A stretch of DNA of 32,833 nucleotides, from IMG/VR virus record IMGVR_UViG_3300048762_000129, positions 1 to 32,833 of that record, one strand, 5' to 3'. Each line of letters starts with the position of its first letter. Position 1 is the stretch's first letter. The stretch is from a virus. Its lineage: Duplodnaviria > Caudoviricetes. The notes under the pieces were generated by a model that worked only from the letters and a program-made list of their open reading frames with translations, searched no databases and was not told where the DNA came from. Shown in pieces: positions 9,557 to 17,420 of this stretch. Made by a program: the position numbers and the translations under genes.

Positions 9557-9901
9557 ATGAAAGACATGATGGCGTGCAGCCAGGAATCGATTGACGCTGG
9601 CTTGAGCATTACCCTCCAGAGCGGATTGACCCGGCATATCAAACATTGCGAGAGCAACGGTGGCCAGCATTGGCACACCTGGATTGACGACAAAGACGGC
9701 TTTGCGCAGGAAGGCCGCACGATCACGAAGGCTGTGGCGCAGGCCATGGCAGCCCGGCACAATCTCGAATTGCCGTTGCTCGACACCGATGCCATTGGCG
9801 TCGGATTTTGGGATGGCAACGGAAACCGCCAATCTATCGCGCCGCTCGAATCGCGGCAATCGAAGCAGACCGGGAAGCGTACCGGAGGGAGCACTAAATG
9901 A
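9557..9901 (+). CDS. IS passenger hypothetical protein, 114 aa (MKDMMACSQESIDAG...)
   Basis: Good RBS and promoter upstream; its stop overlaps the transposase ATG (ATGA). Confidence 0.7.
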   Translation: MKDMMACSQESIDAGLSITLQSGLTRHIKHCESNGGQHWHTWIDDKDGFAQEGRTITKAVAQAMAARHNLELPLLDTDAIGVGFWDGNGNRQSIAPLESRQSKQTGKRTGGSTK

Positions 9902-10815
9902 GCCGATCTACCATCAGCACCTACGAGCTTTTCGACTTGTTCCCCGATGAGGAAACAGCCCGCGTCTGCCTGGAAGGCCGTCTGTGGCCGAACGGGACCA
10001 TCTGCCCCACTTGCAAGGCCGGGGACCGCATCACGCCAAGGGCAGACGGATACTACCGTTGCAACGCCTGCCAGCTTGACTTCACGATCCGTACCGGGAC
10101 CGTCTTCGAACGTTCGCACGTTCCGCTGAACAAGTGGGTCTATGCCATGTATTTGCTCGTTACCGCCCGCAAGGGCATCTCCTCCATGCAACTGGCAAAA
10201 GAGATCGGCGTTACCCAGAAAACGGCATGGTTCGTCTTGGGGCGCTTGCGTGAGGCATGCGGCGGCGAACTCGACAAGTTGCGCGGAACCGTGGAGGTCG
10301 ATGAAACCTTCGTCGGTGGCAAGGAGCGGAACAAGCACAAGCACAAAAAGCTGAACGCGGGCCGTGGTTCGGTCGGCAAGACTGCCGTGCTCGGGATGCG
10401 GGAGCGCGGCGGACGCACGATAGCGATGGTGGTTCCCAACACCGATATCGCCACCGTCCAAAACGAAATTCACGGCGCGGTGGAAGCCGGTTCGCAAATC
10501 TACTCCGATGAGTTCGGGGCGTATGCGGACCTGGATGGCTTGTTCTTTCGCCACGACACGGTAAACCACAGCAAGGGCGAGTTCGCCCGTGGCGCGGTGA
10601 GCACCAACAGCATTGAAAGCGTCTGGGCTGTGATGAAGCGCGGGCTGCATGGCGTCTACCACCACGTCACGCCGAAACACCTTCACCGCTACGTCGATGA
10701 GTTTGCGTTCCGGCTGAACGAAGGCGACGTTCGGCGGCACACCATGAAGCGCCTGGACAGCTTCGTGGACGGCATCGCCAACAAGCGCCTGACGTACAAG
10801 AGGCTCATCGGATGA
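9898..10815 (+). CDS. IS1595-family (ISXO2-like) DDE transposase, 305 aa
   Basis: N-terminal Zn ribbon CPTC...CNAC, HTH region KGISSMQLAKEIGVTQKTAW, catalytic VEVDETFVGG, IYSDE and TNSIESVW, and YVDEFAFRLN. Confidence 0.95.
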   Translation: MSRSTISTYELFDLFPDEETARVCLEGRLWPNGTICPTCKAGDRITPRADGYYRCNACQLDFTIRTGTVFERSHVPLNKWVYAMYLLVTARKGISSMQLAKEIGVTQKTAWFVLGRLREACGGELDKLRGTVEVDETFVGGKERNKHKHKKLNAGRGSVGKTAVLGMRERGGRTIAMVVPNTDIATVQNEIHGAVEAGSQIYSDEFGAYADLDGLFFRHDTVNHSKGEFARGAVSTNSIESVWAVMKRGLHGVYHHVTPKHLHRYVDEFAFRLNEGDVRRHTMKRLDSFVDGIANKRLTYKRLIG

Positions 10816-10922
10816 AACCCGTTCCTCCGATCCTCGACAAGATGGCGGATTTGGTGCTGAACTACCGGCCCAAATCAAAGATGAAAAAGGCGCGGAAACG
10901 CAAGAAGGCAAAGCGCCCGTAA
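10812..10922 (+). CDS. Small basic ORF inside the IS, 36 aa (MKPVPPILDKMADLVLNYRPKSKMKKARKRKKAKRP)
   Basis: Translated by hand. ATGA overlap with the transposase stop; ends before the right inverted repeat. Confidence 0.5.
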   Translation: MKPVPPILDKMADLVLNYRPKSKMKKARKRKKAKRP

Positions 10923-10971
10923 GCCGTTGGGAATTATGAGTGAAGGTAGTCATCTATATAAGTCCCATTTG

Positions 10972-11439
10972 TTAGGCCGCCGATTCCGCCACGTCCGCCC
11001 ATGTGGTACCGGACGCAAGTTCCCTTCCAAGTGTTTCCGTGAACGCATCCACCGCCGCCTCGCCCGAAGCCGCGGCCGCTGGCCGCATAAACGGGTGAGG
11101 AACGACCGGCTCGTGGATGTCCCGCAGCTTGCCGAGTGCCTTGTGACCGATCATGCGGTGTCCGTACTCCACCCAGTTGGCGACATGCCCCTGGTTGCCA
11201 AAGTTGATGCAGGCGTATCCGCCGTAACTATCGGTATCGAGGCCAATGTCAGTGCGGAGCGCTTTTTTCAGATCTCCGGTGATCTCCGGCGTGACCGCTT
11301 CAACCGCTTGGACGATGGGGACGGCAGCCGCGGCAAGCGCACGCGCAATCCCCACCTTGGCGGTTTCCTTCGGCACCCGATCCAACATCGCGCAGGCTTC
11401 CTCGATCCCGGATATGTTGAAACTGAACTCGTCAGGCAT
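10972..11439 (-). CDS. HK97 gp10-family tail/neck protein, 155 aa
   Basis: MPDEFSFNISGIEE, P..TGDLKKAL, ANWVEYGH and PHPFMRPA are gp10-family motifs. Start refined to ATG 11439. Confidence 0.85.
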   Translation of the reverse strand: MPDEFSFNISGIEEACAMLDRVPKETAKVGIARALAAAAVPIVQAVEAVTPEITGDLKKALRTDIGLDTDSYGGYACINFGNQGHVANWVEYGHRMIGHKALGKLRDIHEPVVPHPFMRPAAAASGEAAVDAFTETLGRELASGTTWADVAESAA

Positions 11440-11790
11440 TGATTTGGGACGCCAGGAATGCGCGGACCCTTGTCGCCACACGTCGGCGGTTCACTCGCCG
11501 CGGTTTCTCTTTTTCCCTCTCTCGACGCGATGGCATGAAATCCGCGGCGCAGAGCGGCTCCTTGGGGGACTTCATACTCCAGTTGGCCACGGTCGAGGCG
11601 ACCGTCCCCGCGAGCAACTCCTGATGCTCAACGCGCTCCCGGTGCTGATCTATCAACAGGTGGAACTGGCGCGGGGTCAGGGCGTAGAATTCTTCATCCG
11701 TTAGCCCCAGATGCACCCGCGCCATCGACCAGCAGCGCGCCCAAAGTTCCCGATTGCTCAGCTTTCGGCCGGCGCGCTGGCCGCGGGAGG
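11432..11790 (-). CDS. Tail assembly chaperone, -1 frameshift extension (gpT-like)
   Basis: The -1 frame relative to the upstream chaperone is open across the overlap (...GRKLSNRELWARCWSMARVHLGLTDEEFYALTPRQF). The LGL..EEF..LTP and ADFMP motifs are typical. Confidence 0.75.
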
Positions 11791-12126
11791 GTCCGCCCGT
11801 TTTGCTGGCATGGAGACCCGGTAGGCCTTGGCCAATGCCTCCGTGATGGGCTCGATGGTATCCAGCCGGACCAGGGAGCCAGCCTGTTCGATGGTGACCT
11901 CAGGATCCGCCACCGACATGGCCGCGTAGAGCAGGCCGCGCAGTTGGAGCGCCGTGAGGTCGAGCAGGCTTTCGAGACCAGCCAGCAGATTACAGCCAGC
12001 GACGTGTTCCGCCTCGGCGATGGAGTTGAAGCTGTACGACAGGCGATAAATCTTCCCGTTCAGTTTCAACTCGGCGAATTCGATGGTGGGATCCGCCACC
12101 GTTCCGGCAACGCTATGCTTCGCCAT
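11758..12126 (-). CDS. Tail assembly chaperone (gpG-like), 122 aa
   Basis: Follows the tail tube gene. Contains LNGKIYRLSYSFNSIAEAE...G and LRGLLYAAM. Confidence 0.8.
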   Translation of the reverse strand: MAKHSVAGTVADPTIEFAELKLNGKIYRLSYSFNSIAEAEHVAGCNLLAGLESLLDLTALQLRGLLYAAMSVADPEVTIEQAGSLVRLDTIEPITEALAKAYRVSMPAKRADPPAASAPAES

Positions 12127-12127
12127 T

Positions 12128-12595
12128 TTAGCTGCCGACGGCGAGAACGATCGGTCCCGAAACCTTCAACTTCGCCTGGGTGGAGATCTTCTTGTCGGCC
12201 TTCACCGTCCCGAGATCGTTGAACTCCTCGACCATCGAGGAGAACGCGAAAGCATCCCCGGTGCTGCTCTGGCCGGCCGCCTTGGGCAACGTGATCTTAT
12301 ACTGCTTGATCGTCGGCGGAAGTGCGTCGAAGGATGCGAGAACCGCCACCTGGCCGGCGTCTCCGGAAACCCGGTTGAGGGTCAGTGCCCAGGAGCCAGG
12401 GGTAAGAATCGTCGGGATGAACTCCTCCGCCGAACTTTGCAGGTTTGTGGCATCATCCGATTTGTTCGTCTTTCCGGATTGGGCGATGTCGGTAATTTCT
12501 CCGACCGTTGTCCAGATCGCGGAACTGACGGTACCTGTGTTGATGGCCAGAATGCTTCCGTTGCCACTCTGGGCCTGAGTCGAAGTGTAAGCCAT
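12128..12595 (-). CDS. Major tail tube protein, 155 aa
   Basis: WTTVGEITDI, DATNLQSSAEEFIP, YKITLP and AKLKVSGPI; RBS AAGGAG upstream. Confidence 0.88.
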   Translation of the reverse strand: MAYTSTQAQSGNGSILAINTGTVSSAIWTTVGEITDIAQSGKTNKSDDATNLQSSAEEFIPTILTPGSWALTLNRVSGDAGQVAVLASFDALPPTIKQYKITLPKAAGQSSTGDAFAFSSMVEEFNDLGTVKADKKISTQAKLKVSGPIVLAVGS

Positions 12596-12604
12596 GTCTT
12601 CTCC

Positions 12605-13021
12605 TTAGATTTGGTCGTAATTCACGAGATATTCCAGCGTCCGCACGTAACTGCGATTTGCATCGCTGAATCCGTCGGTAAAGGGCGCCATGCGGAAGAT
12701 TCCCTGTACCACCGTGTGATCGGAGTCCGGCAGCACTCCCGAATAGCCGCCGCGCAAAACCCCATCGATAGCCCGGGCGAGCGCAATAGCGTCGGCCATC
12801 GCATACCCGTGGCAATCGATCTGCAGCTCCAAGCCGGTAAACGGGTCCTGGCCCTGGAGAGTGTACGTTGGCTCGGCAACGATGCAGCGGTACGTCCAAG
12901 CCATCGCCGAGGCCGAGGAGATCTGATCCTTGGGTAACTGAACGGCGAAGCCTCCCGGCACACCAGGGAGCGCCGATGTGATACCCTGCTGGACCAGCGC
13001 TACAAGTCCAGCCTCGATCAT
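12605..13021 (-). CDS. Tail terminator/completion protein (DUF3168-like), 138 aa
   Basis: MIEAGL and LQIDCHG...A..LARAI..VL.G motifs; lies immediately upstream of the tail tube. Confidence 0.8.
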   Translation of the reverse strand: MIEAGLVALVQQGITSALPGVPGGFAVQLPKDQISSASAMAWTYRCIVAEPTYTLQGQDPFTGLELQIDCHGYAMADAIALARAIDGVLRGGYSGVLPDSDHTVVQGIFRMAPFTDGFSDANRSYVRTLEYLVNYDQI

Positions 13022-14397
13022 CTAAGCGCCTCCTCGGCGCGATGAAAACGCCGCATGTACGGATTCCCCTCCAGTTCTTCCCAGGCTAGGCCCCCGATCA
13101 CGCGCCCGCTCACGTTGTCGGCGTGGTTCGTGGCGTAGAGCAGATCGCGGCCGTCAACCGCTATCGCGGCGCCCGCGTGTTCTGCGGCGGACCAGAAACG
13201 ATCATCTTCCCCGCAGCCCACCGCCTCGAATCGATGTCCCTGCCACCATTCGCGGCGGTAGCATAGAGACGTTCCGGTCACCAAGCCATCGGTCTTGTGA
13301 AGCCTCCACCAGCCCGACGACGTCCGGGCCTTGCCGTTCTCCACCACGCGCACGTCGCGCGTTTCGCGGACCAGGATCGTGTGGTATGCGGTCACCTCCT
13401 TGCCAGTCTGCTGGAGGCGTCGAACCTGATCGGAAATACGGTCCGGGGCACTGTAATCGTCATCGTCGAAGTGGCAAATTATCTCGCCGCGACTTTGCTC
13501 GCAGCACAGATTTCGCTTTTCGCCGAGGGTCAACCCGCGCCGAGCTTCAAAATGAAAGAGGACTTGCGGGTCGCCAACTGGAATCAGCCCTACGCACTCG
13601 TCCTCGGAAATGATCCACATTTCCTTATTGGGCCAACTCTGCTGCTGAAAGCTATCGATGGCGCGCGGCAGCCATTCCCGGCGCCGCTCCGTGGTGGGGC
13701 AGATGCAGGAAACGAGCGGAATGTTGAAAAACCCCGAATAGGCGCAGGCATCCTCTCCGATCCACGAACGCAACAGCTCGAGGTCTGGATCTGGCGTCAT
13801 CAATTCGCCGCCATGCCGATGGGGCCAACCCTGCCCGGGTCGACCCGGAAGGCCCTTTATTCCCACCGTCTCATTGCCACCGAACAATTGCTTTTCGCCG
13901 GCCGTTCCCCACAGCGCCACATCAATCAATGCGCCAGATTCGCAGACCCCCTTCAGCAACGGCAGGTATTTGGCGCGGATTCCCGTCTGAAACAGCGAGG
14001 CATGCTTGTCGTTTCCGCAGTCCATCCACATGCGAGACCGAACGTTGTAATATCGGCCGGGATATTCGCCCACAAGCGGGGCAGCCTCCAGCCGCCACGC
14101 CATCGTCTCAAGGTAGGTGGGTGCGTACCAATCGTCATCTTCGATGATGAGCACCTTGTCGAACTGAACTAAAGGCAATGCGGCAAGGATGTTCCGGTGC
14201 TGCGAATTCTCCCCGAGGCGCCAGAAAGGTTGCGGGCGTATAGAGACCTGCCCCATTGTCAAAGGCGTGGATCTTTCGCAGTCGTCCACCACGATCCACT
14301 GAACCTCTCCGCGATAGGTCTGGCGCGCTATCCACCGTTCGCACAGGGAGAACGCCTCGGGCCTGCCCCCGGTCGGCGTGATGAGCGTCAGGCCCAT
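13018..14397 (-). CDS. Double-domain GT-A (family 2-like) glycosyltransferase, 459 aa
   Basis: Domain 1: LITPTGGRPEAF, WIVVDD, IIEDDDWY. Domain 2: VSCICPT, LGEKRN, HFDDDDYS, GEDDRF. Confidence 0.88.
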   Translation of the reverse strand: MGLTLITPTGGRPEAFSLCERWIARQTYRGEVQWIVVDDCERSTPLTMGQVSIRPQPFWRLGENSQHRNILAALPLVQFDKVLIIEDDDWYAPTYLETMAWRLEAAPLVGEYPGRYYNVRSRMWMDCGNDKHASLFQTGIRAKYLPLLKGVCESGALIDVALWGTAGEKQLFGGNETVGIKGLPGRPGQGWPHRHGGELMTPDPDLELLRSWIGEDACAYSGFFNIPLVSCICPTTERRREWLPRAIDSFQQQSWPNKEMWIISEDECVGLIPVGDPQVLFHFEARRGLTLGEKRNLCCEQSRGEIICHFDDDDYSAPDRISDQVRRLQQTGKEVTAYHTILVRETRDVRVVENGKARTSSGWWRLHKTDGLVTGTSLCYRREWWQGHRFEAVGCGEDDRFWSAAEHAGAAIAVDGRDLLYATNHADNVSGRVIGGLAWEELEGNPYMRRFHRAEEALR

Positions 14398-15809
14398 TTC
14401 TGTTCCAGCACCCGATTCATATCGGCCATTGACGCGCGCCAGTCGGAATCGGACATGATCCGGCGGTACGACGTCGAGCCTGTGCCACTTTCATGCCCGT
14501 GGATCACCGTGGCCTTTGGCGTGACCGCGAGCGTAAACCCCGCCTGCTGGGCCCTCCGGCAGAAATCGAAATCATCGGAACCGTAGCCCGTAAATCTCTC
14601 GTCCATTTCGCCAACCGCGCTCAATACCGCGCGCTTGATATAGACACAGACGAATGCAAGCTCATGCTGGGCCAGCGTGACCTCGCGGAGCCTGCATCCG
14701 GAGACCTGCAATGGGTTCGCTACGCTTCCGACAACCTGTGGAGAGACGATTCCTATATTTGTTTTGGAGTACGCCGCTCGGCGCAGCTCGTCGACGGTGC
14801 CTGGCTGACTGAAAATCACATCGTCATTGGTAAACAGTACGTCCGAATCCGAATCGGTGGCTTCGATGGCGATGTTCCAGTTGCGCGCGAAAACGAACGG
14901 ACGCTTACCACGCACCACCGTCCAGGGAGAAGGCGACACCCAGTCGCCATCCGATACCATCAGGCGCGGGAATGTGGCGGCGTAGTGGTTGACGGATTCG
15001 TGCAGCCGCAAAAACACGTCCTTGAAACGCGAGAGGGTGACGATGGTCACGCGCGGCAGGTTATCCTCCCAGCACTGGAGGGTGTTCGGATCCTCGAGGA
15101 AGTTAGAGCCAGCCGACAACCCCTCGTACTGGACATGCCAGCCCCAGGAGCGCTCCTCTGTATTCCAGCGATTCAGGCGCTCGGCCATCTTGCGGGCGCC
15201 GTGCCGCTGCCCGCGAATCGGGTAGTGTTTTAGGACCCACTTTTGGGGATGGACTTTCATCCCCGGAAAGCCGAAGGCGTGGCCTCCGCCGGCCGCCCGC
15301 GTTCCCAGGCCGGTCAACCTGCCGGTGTTCTTCCACGCCTTGATGTGGTTCAGCCCGCAGTCGACGTGCGCCCTGGTGTAATAGGAAAAGTGCCTCTCCG
15401 GGTCGCCGATATAATCGTCGTCAATCGGCCTGAACAGATACAGATTGTGATTGACCGCGTTGTAGCCTTCGGCCTCTACTCGCTGAAGGCCGCGGACTAT
15501 CGTTTCGCCTGGTCGCGGACTGCGCCGAATTTCATCGGCGTCGTGGAAGATGCACCAGTCAGCCTTAGACGCGGCGGCCACCTCATCGACGCGGTGTAGC
15601 ATGGAGAGGCAGTTATAGCGATCCTCGGGACCGCTCGAGGGAAACCGCTTCCGCCCGCTGATCGGCAGCCAGGAAAGCATTTCCCAACTGCCGTCTGTGC
15701 TCCAATTGTCGATGATGTACACCTCGATGCCCTGGTCAACGAGGTGCTGGATCGTCCACGGCAGAATGTCCGCCTCGTTCCGGACGGGCATGATGGCCAG
15801 CGCTCTCAA
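14388..15809 (-). CDS. Double-domain GT-A (family 2-like) glycosyltransferase, 473 aa
   Basis: Domain 1: MPVRNEADIL, IIDNWSTDGS, WCIFHDADE, LKHYPIR. Domain 2: FARNWN, FTNDD, MDERFTGYGSDDFDFCRRA. Confidence 0.88.
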   Translation of the reverse strand: MRALAIMPVRNEADILPWTIQHLVDQGIEVYIIDNWSTDGSWEMLSWLPISGRKRFPSSGPEDRYNCLSMLHRVDEVAAASKADWCIFHDADEIRRSPRPGETIVRGLQRVEAEGYNAVNHNLYLFRPIDDDYIGDPERHFSYYTRAHVDCGLNHIKAWKNTGRLTGLGTRAAGGGHAFGFPGMKVHPQKWVLKHYPIRGQRHGARKMAERLNRWNTEERSWGWHVQYEGLSAGSNFLEDPNTLQCWEDNLPRVTIVTLSRFKDVFLRLHESVNHYAATFPRLMVSDGDWVSPSPWTVVRGKRPFVFARNWNIAIEATDSDSDVLFTNDDVIFSQPGTVDELRRAAYSKTNIGIVSPQVVGSVANPLQVSGCRLREVTLAQHELAFVCVYIKRAVLSAVGEMDERFTGYGSDDFDFCRRAQQAGFTLAVTPKATVIHGHESGTGSTSYRRIMSDSDWRASMADMNRVLEQKWA

Positions 15810-17047
15810 GCCGCGACCTCCTGGCCGGACGTGCGGCGCGATAAGCCCAACTCTCGGCGCACCGATGCTTCGACGATCTCGGGAAACTCCGCCAGCTCGC
15901 CCGCGTCAAGGGCGGTTGTGCGCGTGGTGCGTGGCAGTTCCAGGCCGGCCGCGCCGCGGAAGGGAACGCCGCGCCGCTCGTAATCGAGTTCGAACTCTAC
16001 GTCGAATCGTTCCGGGTGCTCGTGGATCGCGCTACCGGGGTATGGAACCAGCATCGTGACCGTCAGATCGTCTACTTCGTTCTCAATCAACCAGCGCCGC
16101 GTCTGCTCCACGGTCTCTCGCGTCTCGCCCGGCAGACCGATGATGGTGAATGCCTTGAATTTGATCCGCGCCTCGCGGCAGAACCGCCGCGCGAGCGAGT
16201 TGACCTCGGGAGTCGTTCCCTTAGAAACTCTGCGCAGTATCTCCGCTGATCCACTCTCTACGCCGAAACACAGCCACGAGCATCCAGCCGCGGCGAAGGC
16301 CTCAACCTGCTCGCGCGTCAACAGGTCCGCCCGCGCGTTGGCCTTGAACCGCATGCCGAGCGGAGCCATTCGCCGGCAGAGGTCCAGCAGACGGGCGTTC
16401 AATAAATTCATCTCATCGTCATGGAAGACCAGGGAGCCGAAACCCATATCCTTCAACTGGCCGATCTCCTCGATGACGTTGTCGACCAGCCGCGCGCGCA
16501 CCTTGCGCGTGCTGGCCCATCGCGAGCAGAAAGCACACGCGAACGGGCAGCCCCGTTGCGAGACAAGCGAAGTTGCGGCTTCTCCGTCCACCGCGCACGA
16601 ATAATCCGCGATCGGCACCAAATGACGTGCGGGAATCGGGTACCGGTCGACGTCCACGGGCCCGCGGCCCTCGCCATTCCCAACAGCCAAAGCGATGATC
16701 GTTTCCTCTCCGTCGCCGGCGACGCCAACATCCGCGCCCAGGCGCTCCGCATCCCTGCGCACCGAGAGGTGTGGCCCTCCAACCGCCACCCGTACGCCCG
16801 GATAGAGAGACCGGCATCGTGAGACCAGAGATCGCACCGCCACAAACTGGGCCGTGACGCAGGTCACTCCGATCAATGATGGGTTATATCCATCGAGCGT
16901 CTCACCGGGCAAGTTCAGATCAGCCACCCGCACGCGGAACCCGTGCGCCTCGAGCGCGGCTCCCAAATAGAGCAAGCCCAGGGGAGGCACGAAGGCCGGC
17001 TCCGCGAGGAACTCGGACCGCGGATTGATTAGAAGAACTTCCTTCAC
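15806..17047 (-). CDS. Cobalamin-binding radical SAM enzyme (class B methyltransferase-like), 413 aa
   Basis: N-terminal B12-binding domain (LLINP, PPLGLLYLGAAL, VGGPH, GDGEE), RGCPFACAFC (CxxxCxxC), FHDD, FGVESGS, IIGLPGET and PYPGS. Confidence 0.92.
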   Translation of the reverse strand: MKEVLLINPRSEFLAEPAFVPPLGLLYLGAALEAHGFRVRVADLNLPGETLDGYNPSLIGVTCVTAQFVAVRSLVSRCRSLYPGVRVAVGGPHLSVRRDAERLGADVGVAGDGEETIIALAVGNGEGRGPVDVDRYPIPARHLVPIADYSCAVDGEAATSLVSQRGCPFACAFCSRWASTRKVRARLVDNVIEEIGQLKDMGFGSLVFHDDEMNLLNARLLDLCRRMAPLGMRFKANARADLLTREQVEAFAAAGCSWLCFGVESGSAEILRRVSKGTTPEVNSLARRFCREARIKFKAFTIIGLPGETRETVEQTRRWLIENEVDDLTVTMLVPYPGSAIHEHPERFDVEFELDYERRGVPFRGAAGLELPRTTRTTALDAGELAEFPEIVEASVRRELGLSRRTSGQEVAA

Positions 17048-17057
17048 CTTGTCGCCT

Positions 17058-17420
17058 TCAGTTATTCGGCCCGATCCCGAGGCACATCAACACGGCGTAG
17101 ATGTTCATCCGCCTCACGTTCTCCACAGCCTGAATCACGAATTGCGCGCCGTCCGAGGTCTGAATTCGCTTGTTCGCTGTGAACTCCGGCCGAAACCACA
17201 TGGTGACCTTGACGTACACCTGCGAGATGTCTTGGCCGGCTTTGATGATGTCGGTTCCCCGGAGGTACTCAAAATCGGCCCACGCCGTCACGGGGATATC
17301 ATCCGCCTTGTAGTCCACCTTTGCGCCCGACGCATCCGACCCGGAGACCTGCTCCAGGAGAGTGATCTGATGCCGGAACCGTCCAGGATCGACGGTGGGC
17401 CAATTGGAGCCGAGCGACAT
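17058..17420 (-). CDS. Head closure / head-tail adaptor protein, 120 aa
   Basis: DPGRFRHQITL, AWA and FVIQAVENV; TGATG coupling to the connector gene. Confidence 0.85.
   Translation of the reverse strand: MSLGSNWPTVDPGRFRHQITLLEQVSGSDASGAKVDYKADDIPVTAWADFEYLRGTDIIKAGQDISQVYVKVTMWFRPEFTANKRIQTSDGAQFVIQAVENVRRMNIYAVLMCLGIGPNN

Larger units (their letters stand above)
9461..10966 (+). mobile_element. Complete IS1595-family insertion sequence (1506 bp) with passenger gene
   Basis: Left end GGGATTTATATAGTTGACTCCC versus reverse-complemented right end GGGACTTATATAGATGACTACC. Direct 8-bp target duplication ATTTGTTA at 9453-9460 and 10967-10974. Contains an intact transposase. Confidence 0.95.
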
